The notes beneath the pieces were generated by a model. It saw only the letters and a program-made list of their open reading frames with translations, did no database searches and had not been told where the DNA came from. Positions 10,912-19,225 of a stretch of DNA of 43,599 nucleotides are shown here, one piece after another. The position numbers and the translations under genes are program-made. Numbering within the stretch: position 1 is the first letter of the stretch; the number at the start of each line of letters is the position of its first letter. Origin of the DNA: Deltaproteobacteria bacterium (lineage in GTDB: Bacteria > Desulfobacterota > Dissulfuribacteria > Dissulfuribacterales > JALVPX01); the NCBI GenBank assembly GCA_027031565.1, contig JALVPX010000082.1, positions 1 to 43,599 on the forward strand, in the 5' to 3' direction.

Positions 10912-12444
10912 ATGCTTGCACATGCAAAAAGCGGCGCAACATTGGGAATTGATGCCTATCCAATTGAAGTGGAAGTCGATGTGGCCCAAGGGCTTCCAGC
11001 CTTCAATATGGTGGGTCTTCCCGAAGGTGCGGTACGGGAGAGCAGGGAACGGGTAAAAGCGGCCATAAAAAATTGCGGTTATCCATATCCGACCCAAAGA
11101 ATAACCGTAAACCTCGCTCCGGCAGACATCAAGAAAGAGGGCTCGGGGCTTGACCTGCCCATCGCCTGCGGCATCCTGTGCGCAGCAGGCGCAATTCCCC
11201 AGGAAAAACTGGAACGTTACTGCCTGATAGGGGAACTCTCCCTTGATGGCTCGGTAAGGGCAGCAAAGGGTATCCTGCCGCTGGCCTTGGCAGCTTCGAA
11301 ATGGCCTGTGGAGGGGTTGCTGCTTCCAGAGGAAAATGGTTCTGAGGCTGCCATAGTGGAAGAGGCAAGGGTCTTTCCTGTAAAACATCTGTCAGAGGTA
11401 GTGGAATTTTTTCTCGGGAATCTTGAAATAAACAGAAAGAAGATCGATTCCCATTCCTTCTTTAAAAGCGACCCTGATCACTACGAGGTCGACTTCAAGG
11501 ATGTGCTGGGCCAGGAACAGGCCAAAAGGGCCTTGGAAGTGGCAGCAGCCGGGGGCCACAATGTGTTGATGACCGGGCCGCCGGGGTCTGGCAAGACCAT
11601 GCTTGCCAAGAGGCTTCCAACAATACTGCCCCCGTTGACCTTTGAGGAAGCGCTTGAAACTACGGCCATTTACAGCGTATCTGGCAAACTTCCTAGTGAT
11701 CGACCCCTGATCGTGCAGCGCCCCTTTTGTGCCCCGCACCACACGGTCTCCGATGCGGGCCTTATTGGCGGCGGCAATGTGCCGAAGGCGGGCCTTGTAA
11801 GCCTTGCGCACAACGGTATCCTCTTCATGGACGAGCTTCCGGAATTCAAAAAGAATGTGCTCGAATCCCTCAGGCAGCCCTTGGAGGATGGGGTGGTTAC
11901 CATAGCCAGGGCCTCCATGACCTTGACCTTTCCAGCCCGTTTCACCCTGGTATGTGCTCAGAATCCTTGTCCATGCGGCCACTTGGGCGACAGCAGAAAA
12001 AATTGTTCCTGCACCATAAACCAGATAAATCGCTACAGGAGCCGGATATCAGGCCCTTTGATGGATAGGATAGACATCCAGATAGAGGTGCCGGCCGTGG
12101 ATTACCGGGAGCTTTCAAGCAGCAGGGCCGGAAAATCGTCCAAAGAAATCAAGGCGCAGGTGGTATCGGCAAGGCACATCCAGGAAAGGCGTTTCAAGGG
12201 CCTTTCCATCCACACCAATGCCCAAATGGGTTCAAAGGAGATGAAAACCTTTTGCAGACTAAACACTGATCAGCAGGCGTTCATGGAAAAAGTGGCTGAA
12301 AAACTGGCCTTGAGTGCCCGGGCCTTTCACAGGATCATCAAAATAAGCAGGACCATAGCAGATCTGGCAAACAGTCAAGATATTCAACTGGATCACCTGG
12401 CTGAGGCAATCCAGTACAGGAGCCTGGACCGCCAGTTGATGTAG
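10912..12444 (+). CDS. comM: YifB/ComM family Mg-chelatase-like ATPase
   Basis: Lon-protease-like N-domain, AAA+ Walker A GPPGSGKT and a C-terminal Mg-chelatase domain. Start at the ATG giving MLAHAKSGATLGID; the track ORF begins 27 nt earlier at 10885. Confidence 0.9.
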   Translation: MLAHAKSGATLGIDAYPIEVEVDVAQGLPAFNMVGLPEGAVRESRERVKAAIKNCGYPYPTQRITVNLAPADIKKEGSGLDLPIACGILCAAGAIPQEKLERYCLIGELSLDGSVRAAKGILPLALAASKWPVEGLLLPEENGSEAAIVEEARVFPVKHLSEVVEFFLGNLEINRKKIDSHSFFKSDPDHYEVDFKDVLGQEQAKRALEVAAAGGHNVLMTGPPGSGKTMLAKRLPTILPPLTFEEALETTAIYSVSGKLPSDRPLIVQRPFCAPHHTVSDAGLIGGGNVPKAGLVSLAHNGILFMDELPEFKKNVLESLRQPLEDGVVTIARASMTLTFPARFTLVCAQNPCPCGHLGDSRKNCSCTINQINRYRSRISGPLMDRIDIQIEVPAVDYRELSSSRAGKSSKEIKAQVVSARHIQERRFKGLSIHTNAQMGSKEMKTFCRLNTDQQAFMEKVAEKLALSARAFHRIIKISRTIADLANSQDIQLDHLAEAIQYRSLDRQLM

Positions 12445-12539
12445 GCCGAATAAATCCACATCATCACCTGGGCAGGCGGTTATCTGCGAAAACAGCTCAG
12501 GCCAGGCCAGGGTGGCAAGCCTTAAAAAAATCATTAATA

Positions 12540-13238
12540 GTGGCCATTATGGCTGAAGTTTTCCTGCTCGGCACCATACATCTCGATATCAAGTCTGCCC
12601 CCTTGTTGATGGCGGCCATCCTGGACTACAAACCCGATTTGATCACAGTGGAAATAAGCAGCTATTCTGTGAGGTACAGGCAGGCAATGTATCCTAAATG
12701 GCGTCTTTGCCTCAAAAGGGCCCTGAAACAGCTGCCTGCCAGGAAGCGGGGCCATCCGCAGGTCAAGCTCTTGAAACGCCAGATAACCATGCCCTACGAA
12801 TGGTCCGTTGCCAAAAGGTATGCCGATTGTGAAAATATACCTTGTTTGACCATTGATTCAGGAGAACTTGCCAAAAAGGAGCTGCCTTGCTGGGAAAAAA
12901 CGCTGCTTGCTGCTGATAATGTTAAATTTTTGGTAAAGGAACCCTGGTTCAGTCTGGAATCACATTTTTTGGAATGTCATAAACTGGCTAGCAAGCTGTG
13001 GAACAAACCTGATCCTGGACAACTACATACAGTTTTGGCCTTCTTGAAAGAACCGTTTTGGCAGAAGAGGGAACGAATTATGGCAACCAGGCTTAAACGC
13101 TTGTCAGGCCTTGATTGCAGGCTGGTCCACATCGGAGGATGGATGCATCTTCTGGATGGCCGGGGGCTCCCTAATTTGCTCTGCCAGCTGGGAGAGATCG
13201 TCTGTGAAAAAAAACTCATTTCAAGGCTTGGTGATTGA
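12540..13238 (+). CDS. TraB/GumN (Tiki-like) family protein, putative
   Basis: 232 aa. Family-like pattern of two GxxH motifs (LLGTIH near the N-terminus, GGWMH near the C-terminus), VEIS, and RERIMA preceding the second motif. GTG start with an alternative ATG 9 nt downstream. No Shine-Dalgarno seen. Confidence 0.45.
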   Translation: MAIMAEVFLLGTIHLDIKSAPLLMAAILDYKPDLITVEISSYSVRYRQAMYPKWRLCLKRALKQLPARKRGHPQVKLLKRQITMPYEWSVAKRYADCENIPCLTIDSGELAKKELPCWEKTLLAADNVKFLVKEPWFSLESHFLECHKLASKLWNKPDPGQLHTVLAFLKEPFWQKRERIMATRLKRLSGLDCRLVHIGGWMHLLDGRGLPNLLCQLGEIVCEKKLISRLGD

Positions 13239-13519
13239 AACCGCATATCAGGCCCAAACCCTTTTTTAATGAGCGATTTGGCGAATTTTTCCTTGACAGG
13301 TATCGGTAGGTGGGAGTAGGTTCTTTAAGTGAGAGGAAGGTATGAATCCCCACTGAAAAGTTCAAAATCCAGGGTAGTTGGTCTGTGAGATCATTATCCC
13401 ATTTTTGCAAGAAAATTTTGCGATACTGAATAACTTTTGCTCGGGGTATTTTATTTATTGGGCATAACCTACAATTTATAAATAAAAATTATCCAAACAC
13501 CCAAGGGAGGACAAACATT

Positions 13520-13927
13520 ATGCCCTACAAAATTCAGGTAATTGAAGGTATTGGACCAGCATATGCAAAGAAGCTGGAAAAGGCCAACATTTTCACCACC
13601 GAGGATCTATTGAAAAATTGTGCCTCCGCAAAGGGCCGTAAAGAGGTGGCTGCAAAGACGGGCATTGATGCCTCTGTGCTGCTTAAGTGGACTAACATGG
13701 CTGACCTCATGCGCATTTCCGGCATAGCTGGTCAATTTGCCGAACTTCTTAAGGCGGCCGGTGTGGATACTGTCAAGGAGCTTCGCAACAGAAAGGCAGA
13801 AAACCTGGCGGCCAAGATGGCCGAAGTGAACAAGTCCAAGAAGCTTACCAGGGCCGTTCCGCCAGCCAAGACAGTTGCAAAGTGGATAAAGGCTGCGAAG
13901 TCATTAAAACCCAGGATTACGCATTAA
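13520..13927 (+). CDS. DUF4332 (helix-hairpin-helix-like) domain protein
   Basis: 135 aa. IEGIGPAYAKKLEKANI and ISGIAGQFAELLKAAGVDTVKEL are two HhH-like units as in DUF4332. GGGAGG Shine-Dalgarno 9 nt upstream. Confidence 0.7.
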   Translation: MPYKIQVIEGIGPAYAKKLEKANIFTTEDLLKNCASAKGRKEVAAKTGIDASVLLKWTNMADLMRISGIAGQFAELLKAAGVDTVKELRNRKAENLAAKMAEVNKSKKLTRAVPPAKTVAKWIKAAKSLKPRITH

Positions 13928-13979
13928 AATAAGGGAAGAAACCCTAAAGAAAAAATAAAGAGTAATAGGAGGAGTAAGC

Positions 13980-15134
13980 ATGAAAAGAACGATGGTACGA
14001 ATTTTGACAGGCACGGGCCTGGCTGTGGCCATGTTAGCCGCGGTTGGATGCACTGGTGGGACCCACAAGGTCAGTGTTGCCCCACCCCAGCAGAAGCAGA
14101 CAGCTCAAGCTGACCAGGACATTGCCAAGCTCAAGGCTGAACTAGCCAAGAAGGAAAGGACGATCAAAGAATATGAGTGCGCTCTCAAGGAAGCTGAAGC
14201 ACGTGCAGCAGCCAAGCCCAAGGTGACCGCGGCACCTGTGGCCGCTCCAAGCGGTTGCAAGACGCAACTGCTTCCGCCTGCAAAACCTGGCGAGTGCTAT
14301 GCCAGGGTGTTTGTACCACCTGTCTACAAGACTGTCACGGAAAAGGTTCTGGTTAAGGGACCCGGCGAAAAGATTAAAGTCATTCCCGCCAAATACAAAT
14401 GGGTGGAAGAAAAAGTGCTGGTCAAAGAAGCTGGCGAAAGGGTAGAAGTAGTGCCTGCCAAATACAAATGGGTGGAAGAAAAGGTACTTGTAAAGGAACC
14501 CGAAGTCCGCTACGTGGAAGTTCCTGCCAAATACAAATGGGTGGAAGAAAAAGTGCTGGTTGAGCCCGAACACACGGTTTGGAAGAAGGGGCGTGGTCCC
14601 ATTGAGAGGATTGACAATGCCACTGGAGAGATCATGTGTTTGGTCAAGGTTCCGGCAAAATACCGCACCGTACGCAAAAAGGTGATGGTTGAACCGCCCA
14701 AGGTAAAAAAGATCGAGACCCCTCCAGTCTACAAGACAGTCAAGAAAAGAGTAATGGTGGAGCCGCCCAAGACCAGGACAATCACCATTCCTCCTGTCTA
14801 TAAGACCGTCAAGAAAAAGGTATTGGTTACACCGCCCAAGGAGCAGCGCATCGAGATACCCCCTGTCTATAAGACCGTTACACGGGTGGAGAAGGTCAGC
14901 GACGGCCGCCTCGAGTGGAGAAGGGTGCTGTGCGAGACAAATGCCACGCCTGGCATGATCATGAAGATTCAGCGTGCCCTTAAAAGGGCTGGCTTCAATC
15001 CAGGCCCGATCGACGGCGTATTGGGTAGCGAGACAATGAGGGCCGTGCGCGCCTTCCAGAAAAAGAACGGCTTGGCCACAGGCGGCCTTACCTATGAAAC
15101 AATCAAGAAGCTTGGCGTCGATATTGCCGGCTGA
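13980..15134 (+). CDS. repeat-containing lipoprotein with C-terminal peptidoglycan-binding (PG_binding_1) domain
   Basis: 384 aa. AGGAGG Shine-Dalgarno. Signal peptide ending AAVGC. Coiled segment, then eight P-[AP]-[KV]-Y-[KR]-[TW]-V repeats. C-terminal PG-binding motif ALKRAGFNPGPIDGVLGSETMRAVRAFQKKNGL. Confidence 0.85.
   Translation: MKRTMVRILTGTGLAVAMLAAVGCTGGTHKVSVAPPQQKQTAQADQDIAKLKAELAKKERTIKEYECALKEAEARAAAKPKVTAAPVAAPSGCKTQLLPPAKPGECYARVFVPPVYKTVTEKVLVKGPGEKIKVIPAKYKWVEEKVLVKEAGERVEVVPAKYKWVEEKVLVKEPEVRYVEVPAKYKWVEEKVLVEPEHTVWKKGRGPIERIDNATGEIMCLVKVPAKYRTVRKKVMVEPPKVKKIETPPVYKTVKKRVMVEPPKTRTITIPPVYKTVKKKVLVTPPKEQRIEIPPVYKTVTRVEKVSDGRLEWRRVLCETNATPGMIMKIQRALKRAGFNPGPIDGVLGSETMRAVRAFQKKNGLATGGLTYETIKKLGVDIAG
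14388..14594 (+). repeat. three tandem 69 bp intragenic repeats
   Basis: GCCAAATACAAATGGGTGGAAGAAAA recurs exactly at 14388, 14457 and 14526. Copies 1 and 3 share 36 identical nt. Each copy encodes a 23 aa PAKYKWVEEKVLV unit. Confidence 0.9.
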
Positions 15135-15160
15135 TTGCAAACCGTTATAAGCTGAACCTG

Positions 15161-15196
15161 GCCCTGCTGGTTGTGACCGGCAGGGCTTTTTTGTTT
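15161..15196 (+). terminator. rho-independent terminator after the lipoprotein gene
   Basis: 10 bp stem GCCCTGCTGG / CCGGCAGGGC with one G-U pair, 6 nt loop, then TTTTTTGTTT. Confidence 0.75.
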
Positions 15197-15296
15197 CTGT
15201 TTCAGGGCATTTGAATTATGTGTGCCAAAAATGTTATAAGTTCTTGCATAAAATGGTTTGTGATGATGTCCATCCAAAAGATTGCGGAGTACAGGC

Positions 15297-17747
15297 ATGA
15301 AGAAAACGTACGAAGGTCTGGGGGTCTTTTATCTAGGCAGGGAATATGATCTCAAGGCCCACTCCCTGAAAGAGATCCCGGTGCTGTATGACTCAAAGGA
15401 TCTAACCACCCATGCCATGATAATAGGCATGACTGGAAGCGGCAAAACAGGGCTTGGTATCGGCATACTGGAAGAGGCCTTGATTGATGGCATCCCAGTA
15501 ATTGCCATTGATCCAAAGGGGGATATTCCCAATCTGATGCTTACCTTCCCTGATTTAAGACCCGCTGACTTCCTTCCCTGGATCAACAGGCAGGAGGCCG
15601 TCAATAAAGGGCTGACGCCTGAAGAATATGCCAGAAAAGAGGCCGCCTCCTGGAAAAAGGGGCTGGCACAGTGGGATCAGGAGCCAGATAGAATAGCACG
15701 GCTCAAGGCTGCAGCGGATTTTGTTGTATATACACCCGGCAGCAGCGCCGGACGCCGGATCAGTGTACTGCGCAAGCTTACGCCACCGCCCGAAAACGTT
15801 ATGCATGAACCCGATTTGCTGAAGGAAACCATCCAGAATAGTGTCACAAGCCTGCTTTCATTGCTGGGGAAAGACGCAGACCCCTTGACCAGCAGGGAGC
15901 ATATCCTTCTTTCAAACATAATTGACCATTACTGGTCGCAGAACCAGACAGTGGACCTAGTAAACCTCATCAAGGCTATTCAGAAACCCCCGTTCACCAG
16001 GATTGGCATCCTGGACATGGAGATGTTTTATCCCCAGGATGAACGTTTCGCCCTGTCCATGAGGATCAATAATTTGCTGGCTGCTCCCGGCTTTGAGGCA
16101 TGGCTGGAAGGTGATCCCATGGATATCCAGTCGCTTTTTTACACACCTGCAGGAAGGCCAAGGGCCTCAATATTCACCATAAGCCACCTGTCAGAGGCGG
16201 AACGCCTCTTTTTTGTTTCCATGCTGTTGAATGAAATCATTGGATGGATGCGGGCACAGCCGGGCACCTCAAGCTTAAGGGCTCTGCTCTACATGGATGA
16301 GATCTTCGGCTATTTCCCGCCCGTCCAAAATCCACCCACCAAGAAACCGCTTTTGACACTTCTCAAGCAGGCGCGTGCCTACGGGCTCGGCGTCGTGCTC
16401 GCGACCCAGAACCCAGTGGATCTCGACTACAAGGGCCTGTCGAATACCGGCACCTGGTTCATAGGCAGGCTTCAGACCGAACGCGACAAAAAGAGGGTCC
16501 TTGAAGGGCTGGAAGGTGCTGCGGCTGGTTCCGGGTTTGATTCAAGCCAGATGGAGAGGACCTTGGCAGGACTGGAAAAAAGGGTATTCCTGCTCCACAA
16601 CGTCCATGAAACAGGACCTGTCACCTTCCAGACCAGGTGGGTACTCTCCTACTTAAGTGGTCCACTAACAAGGGAACAGATTAAACGCCTGGCGCAGCAA
16701 AACACTTCAACAGAGGCACCTTCTCAGGCTGATGCAAAGGAGCAGGAATCACCTACCGTGCACACCTCAATGGAAACAAGGGCGGATGAAGCTGGGTCTG
16801 AACCTCCTATAGTGCCATCTGACATTGACGTGTGCTACCTCGCGCCGTCGGGTGCTGGCCAGGGCCTGCTCTATATGCCCGCTCTGGCCGGACTGGCCAG
16901 AATATATTACAAGAGCTCAAAATTTGGCGTTGATCAGGAAGATCAAGTCTATGTTCTGGTTCCCCTTCATGCAGAAGGGCCCTTGACCGTGGATTGGGAT
17001 TCTGCATTTACGGGTGAATTGACCCCGGAGAATATTGAGAAAGAACCGGCTTCCGGAGCGTGTTTTGAGCCTCTTCCACCTGCTGCATTGAAGCCTTCAT
17101 CATATCGCAGGTGGGCCAAGGAGATGCTAAAGTGGATAAGACAGCATAGGCCGCTCCGCCTTTTCCGTTGCAGGGCATTGAAGGCAACCAGCCTTCCTGG
17201 TGAGACAGAAGCACAGTTTCGTTCCAGGCTTTCACAAATCCTTAGGGAAAAGAGGGACGTGGAAATTGAAAAAATTAGAAAACGGTATGCCAAGAAATTT
17301 GCCTCGCTTAGGGACCGCCTCTTACGGGCTGAACAGGCCATTGAAAGAGAAAAAGACCAGGCGAAGTCGAAGAAGCTAGAGACTGCCATATCCTTCGGTG
17401 CTGCAATATTGGGAGCCTTCCTTGGGCGTAAAAGGATTTCATCGACCTCGGTATCACGGATGGGAACAGCAATGCGTTCTGCCAGCCGCATGCGCAAAGA
17501 GGCCATGGATGTTGAAAGGGCCAAGGAAAGGGTGCAGATGCTGAGACAGCAGCTGGATGAGCTTCAGGCGCAACTCGAGCAGGAAATCGAAAAAATCGAG
17601 TTGACTCACATGACAGATGCAGTTGAGATAGATGAGATCGATATTCGCGCAAAGGCCAACGCCATATCACTGGACATGTTCTGCCTCTGCTGGCTGCCAT
17701 ATAGAAAAAACAGCGCGGGAGGCATAAGCCCCGATTGGTTGAAATAG
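15297..17747 (+). CDS. HerA/FtsK-superfamily (DUF87/DUF853-like) P-loop ATPase with long C-terminal extension
   Basis: Walker A GMTGSGKTG followed by AIDPKGD. Walker B LLYMDEIF. VLATQNPVDLDYKGLSNTGTWFIGRL is a HerA/VirB4-like segment. ATG at 15297 sits 7 nt after GGAG; the track start at 15282 is a TTG. The last ~330 aa have no motif I recognise and end in a charged coiled-coil-like region. Confidence 0.75.
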   Translation: MKKTYEGLGVFYLGREYDLKAHSLKEIPVLYDSKDLTTHAMIIGMTGSGKTGLGIGILEEALIDGIPVIAIDPKGDIPNLMLTFPDLRPADFLPWINRQEAVNKGLTPEEYARKEAASWKKGLAQWDQEPDRIARLKAAADFVVYTPGSSAGRRISVLRKLTPPPENVMHEPDLLKETIQNSVTSLLSLLGKDADPLTSREHILLSNIIDHYWSQNQTVDLVNLIKAIQKPPFTRIGILDMEMFYPQDERFALSMRINNLLAAPGFEAWLEGDPMDIQSLFYTPAGRPRASIFTISHLSEAERLFFVSMLLNEIIGWMRAQPGTSSLRALLYMDEIFGYFPPVQNPPTKKPLLTLLKQARAYGLGVVLATQNPVDLDYKGLSNTGTWFIGRLQTERDKKRVLEGLEGAAAGSGFDSSQMERTLAGLEKRVFLLHNVHETGPVTFQTRWVLSYLSGPLTREQIKRLAQQNTSTEAPSQADAKEQESPTVHTSMETRADEAGSEPPIVPSDIDVCYLAPSGAGQGLLYMPALAGLARIYYKSSKFGVDQEDQVYVLVPLHAEGPLTVDWDSAFTGELTPENIEKEPASGACFEPLPPAALKPSSYRRWAKEMLKWIRQHRPLRLFRCRALKATSLPGETEAQFRSRLSQILREKRDVEIEKIRKRYAKKFASLRDRLLRAEQAIEREKDQAKSKKLETAISFGAAILGAFLGRKRISSTSVSRMGTAMRSASRMRKEAMDVERAKERVQMLRQQLDELQAQLEQEIEKIELTHMTDAVEIDEIDIRAKANAISLDMFCLCWLPYRKNSAGGISPDWLK

Positions 17748-17799
17748 CATGCGAACCCAGAAGAGAGGCCTGTGGCTAAATCTTTGAGAAGTCCCAAGA

Positions 17800-17827
17800 T
17801 TGACGCCTATTGACTCTTGGTTATAGT
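17800..17827 (+). promoter_or_regulatory. candidate sigma70 promoter for hom
   Basis: TTGACG (17800-17805), 16 nt spacer, TATAGT (17822-17827), about 50 nt upstream of the hom ATG. Confidence 0.35.
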
Positions 17828-17875
17828 GTGGCACGCATCTACTATTTATGATTCACAGAAAGGGAATTTGATCCA

Positions 17876-19204
17876 ATGCAACAATCTGTAAAGGTTGGAC
17901 TTATCGGGTTTGGAACAGTAGGTAGCGGGACGGCCAAGATTCTTCTTGAGCAGCAGCAGCTCTTGAGTGCCAGGGCGCAGATTCCGATTGAACTCGTCGC
18001 CATTTGTGACAAAGACATCACCTCAGACAGGGGCTTTCCTGTTCCGCCACACCTTTTAACAACTAACATCGAGGACATATTCAACAATCCGGACATTTCC
18101 ATTGTAATCGAACTCATTGGCGGACTGGAGCCGGCCAAAAGCTTCATCCTGGAGGCAGTGAACCGGGGCAAGCACGTGGTCACCGCCAACAAGGCCCTGT
18201 TGGCCACCTATGGCCCTGAAATATTCGGGGCAGCAGCCGAAAACAACGTGGAAATAGGCTTTGAGGCCAGTGTGGGAGGAGGCATACCCGTCATAAAATC
18301 TGTCAAGGAGGGCCTGGTGGCCAACAACATCCACACTGTCATGGGCATAATGAATGGAACCGCCAATTACATATTGAGCCGAATGACCGAGGAAGGCCTT
18401 CCATTCGACCAGATATTGAAGGATGCACAGGCACACGGATATGCTGAGGCTGATTCAACCTATGACATAGAAGGGATAGATACTGCACACAAACTCGCCA
18501 TATTGGCAAACCTTGCGTTTGGTGCATCCACCACGCTCAATGACGTGGATATAGAAGGCATCTCCAGGCTTTCGCCCATAGATATGGCCTTTGCAAAAGA
18601 ACTGGGCTACCACATCAAACTCCTGGCCATAGGAAGGGCAGTCGATGATGAAATCGAACTCAGGGTACACCCCACAATGGTCCCTGTAAGCCACCTGCTG
18701 GCCCAGGTGGATGGGGCCTACAATGCCTTCTATTTCATAGGAGACTCGGTTGGCAAGGTCCTGCTGTATGGGATGGGTGCGGGACAAATGCCCACTGGTA
18801 GCGCAGTCGTCGGAGATGTCGTAGATATTGCCAGAAATATCAGAATGAATGCTGCCAACAGGGTCCCATGCCTGGGCAGGCCTTTCCAGGATCTTGCGGC
18901 ATTGAAAAAACGGCCCATGGAGGCCTTGACAGGCCGATACTACTTCCGCTTTGCTGCCGTGGATCAGCCAGGGGTTTTGGCCAGAATTTCAGGAGTGTTG
19001 GCAGAATATTCCATTAGTATCGCCTCTGTGGTCCAAAAAGGCCGGGGTACCGAAGAATCCGTGCCCATTGTCATGCTCACCCATGAAGCAAGAGAGGAAA
19101 ATGTGCAAAAGGCTTTGGGCAAAATTGACAATCTGGATATTGTACGAGACAACACAGTGGTTATTCGTATAGAAGACCTCAAGAGTCTGGAGGAATCTGC
19201 CTAG
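17876..19204 (+). CDS. hom: homoserine dehydrogenase
   Basis: 442 aa. N-terminal NAD-binding GLIGFGTVGSG, catalytic domain and a C-terminal ACT-like domain (RYYFRFAAVDQPGVLARISGVLAEY). Confidence 0.95.
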   Translation: MQQSVKVGLIGFGTVGSGTAKILLEQQQLLSARAQIPIELVAICDKDITSDRGFPVPPHLLTTNIEDIFNNPDISIVIELIGGLEPAKSFILEAVNRGKHVVTANKALLATYGPEIFGAAAENNVEIGFEASVGGGIPVIKSVKEGLVANNIHTVMGIMNGTANYILSRMTEEGLPFDQILKDAQAHGYAEADSTYDIEGIDTAHKLAILANLAFGASTTLNDVDIEGISRLSPIDMAFAKELGYHIKLLAIGRAVDDEIELRVHPTMVPVSHLLAQVDGAYNAFYFIGDSVGKVLLYGMGAGQMPTGSAVVGDVVDIARNIRMNAANRVPCLGRPFQDLAALKKRPMEALTGRYYFRFAAVDQPGVLARISGVLAEYSISIASVVQKGRGTEESVPIVMLTHEAREENVQKALGKIDNLDIVRDNTVVIRIEDLKSLEESA

Positions 19205-19225
19205 ACCTTTTCCAGGAGGCTGAAA

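Noticed and set aside
13239-13519. 281 nt non-coding gap upstream of the DUF4332 gene, examined for an sRNA, riboswitch, tRNA-like element or the 64 aa ORF at 13216..13410
   Set aside because: I found a TTGACA at 13293 without a convincing -10, three irregularly spaced TTTTGC words (13403, 13416, 13435) and an AT-rich tract. There is no stable conserved-looking structure, no tRNA cloverleaf and no terminator. It is most simply a promoter/5' UTR region. The minus ORF overlaps the upstream gene's end and has no motifs.
14142-15140. 332 aa minus-strand ORF antisense to the repeat lipoprotein gene
   Set aside because: It lies entirely inside a well-supported plus-strand gene with Shine-Dalgarno, signal peptide and PG-binding domain. 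Its translation is low-complexity (Phe/Leu/Gly-rich mirror of the Lys/Glu/Val repeats) and has no start context. It is a shadow ORF.
15197-15296. Sigma-54 type (TGGCAC-N5-TTGC) promoter upstream of the HerA-like ATPase, and likewise at 31134..31160
   Set aside because: TTGCAT and TGGCAA words are present, but the GG and GC elements are not at the required spacing in either place.
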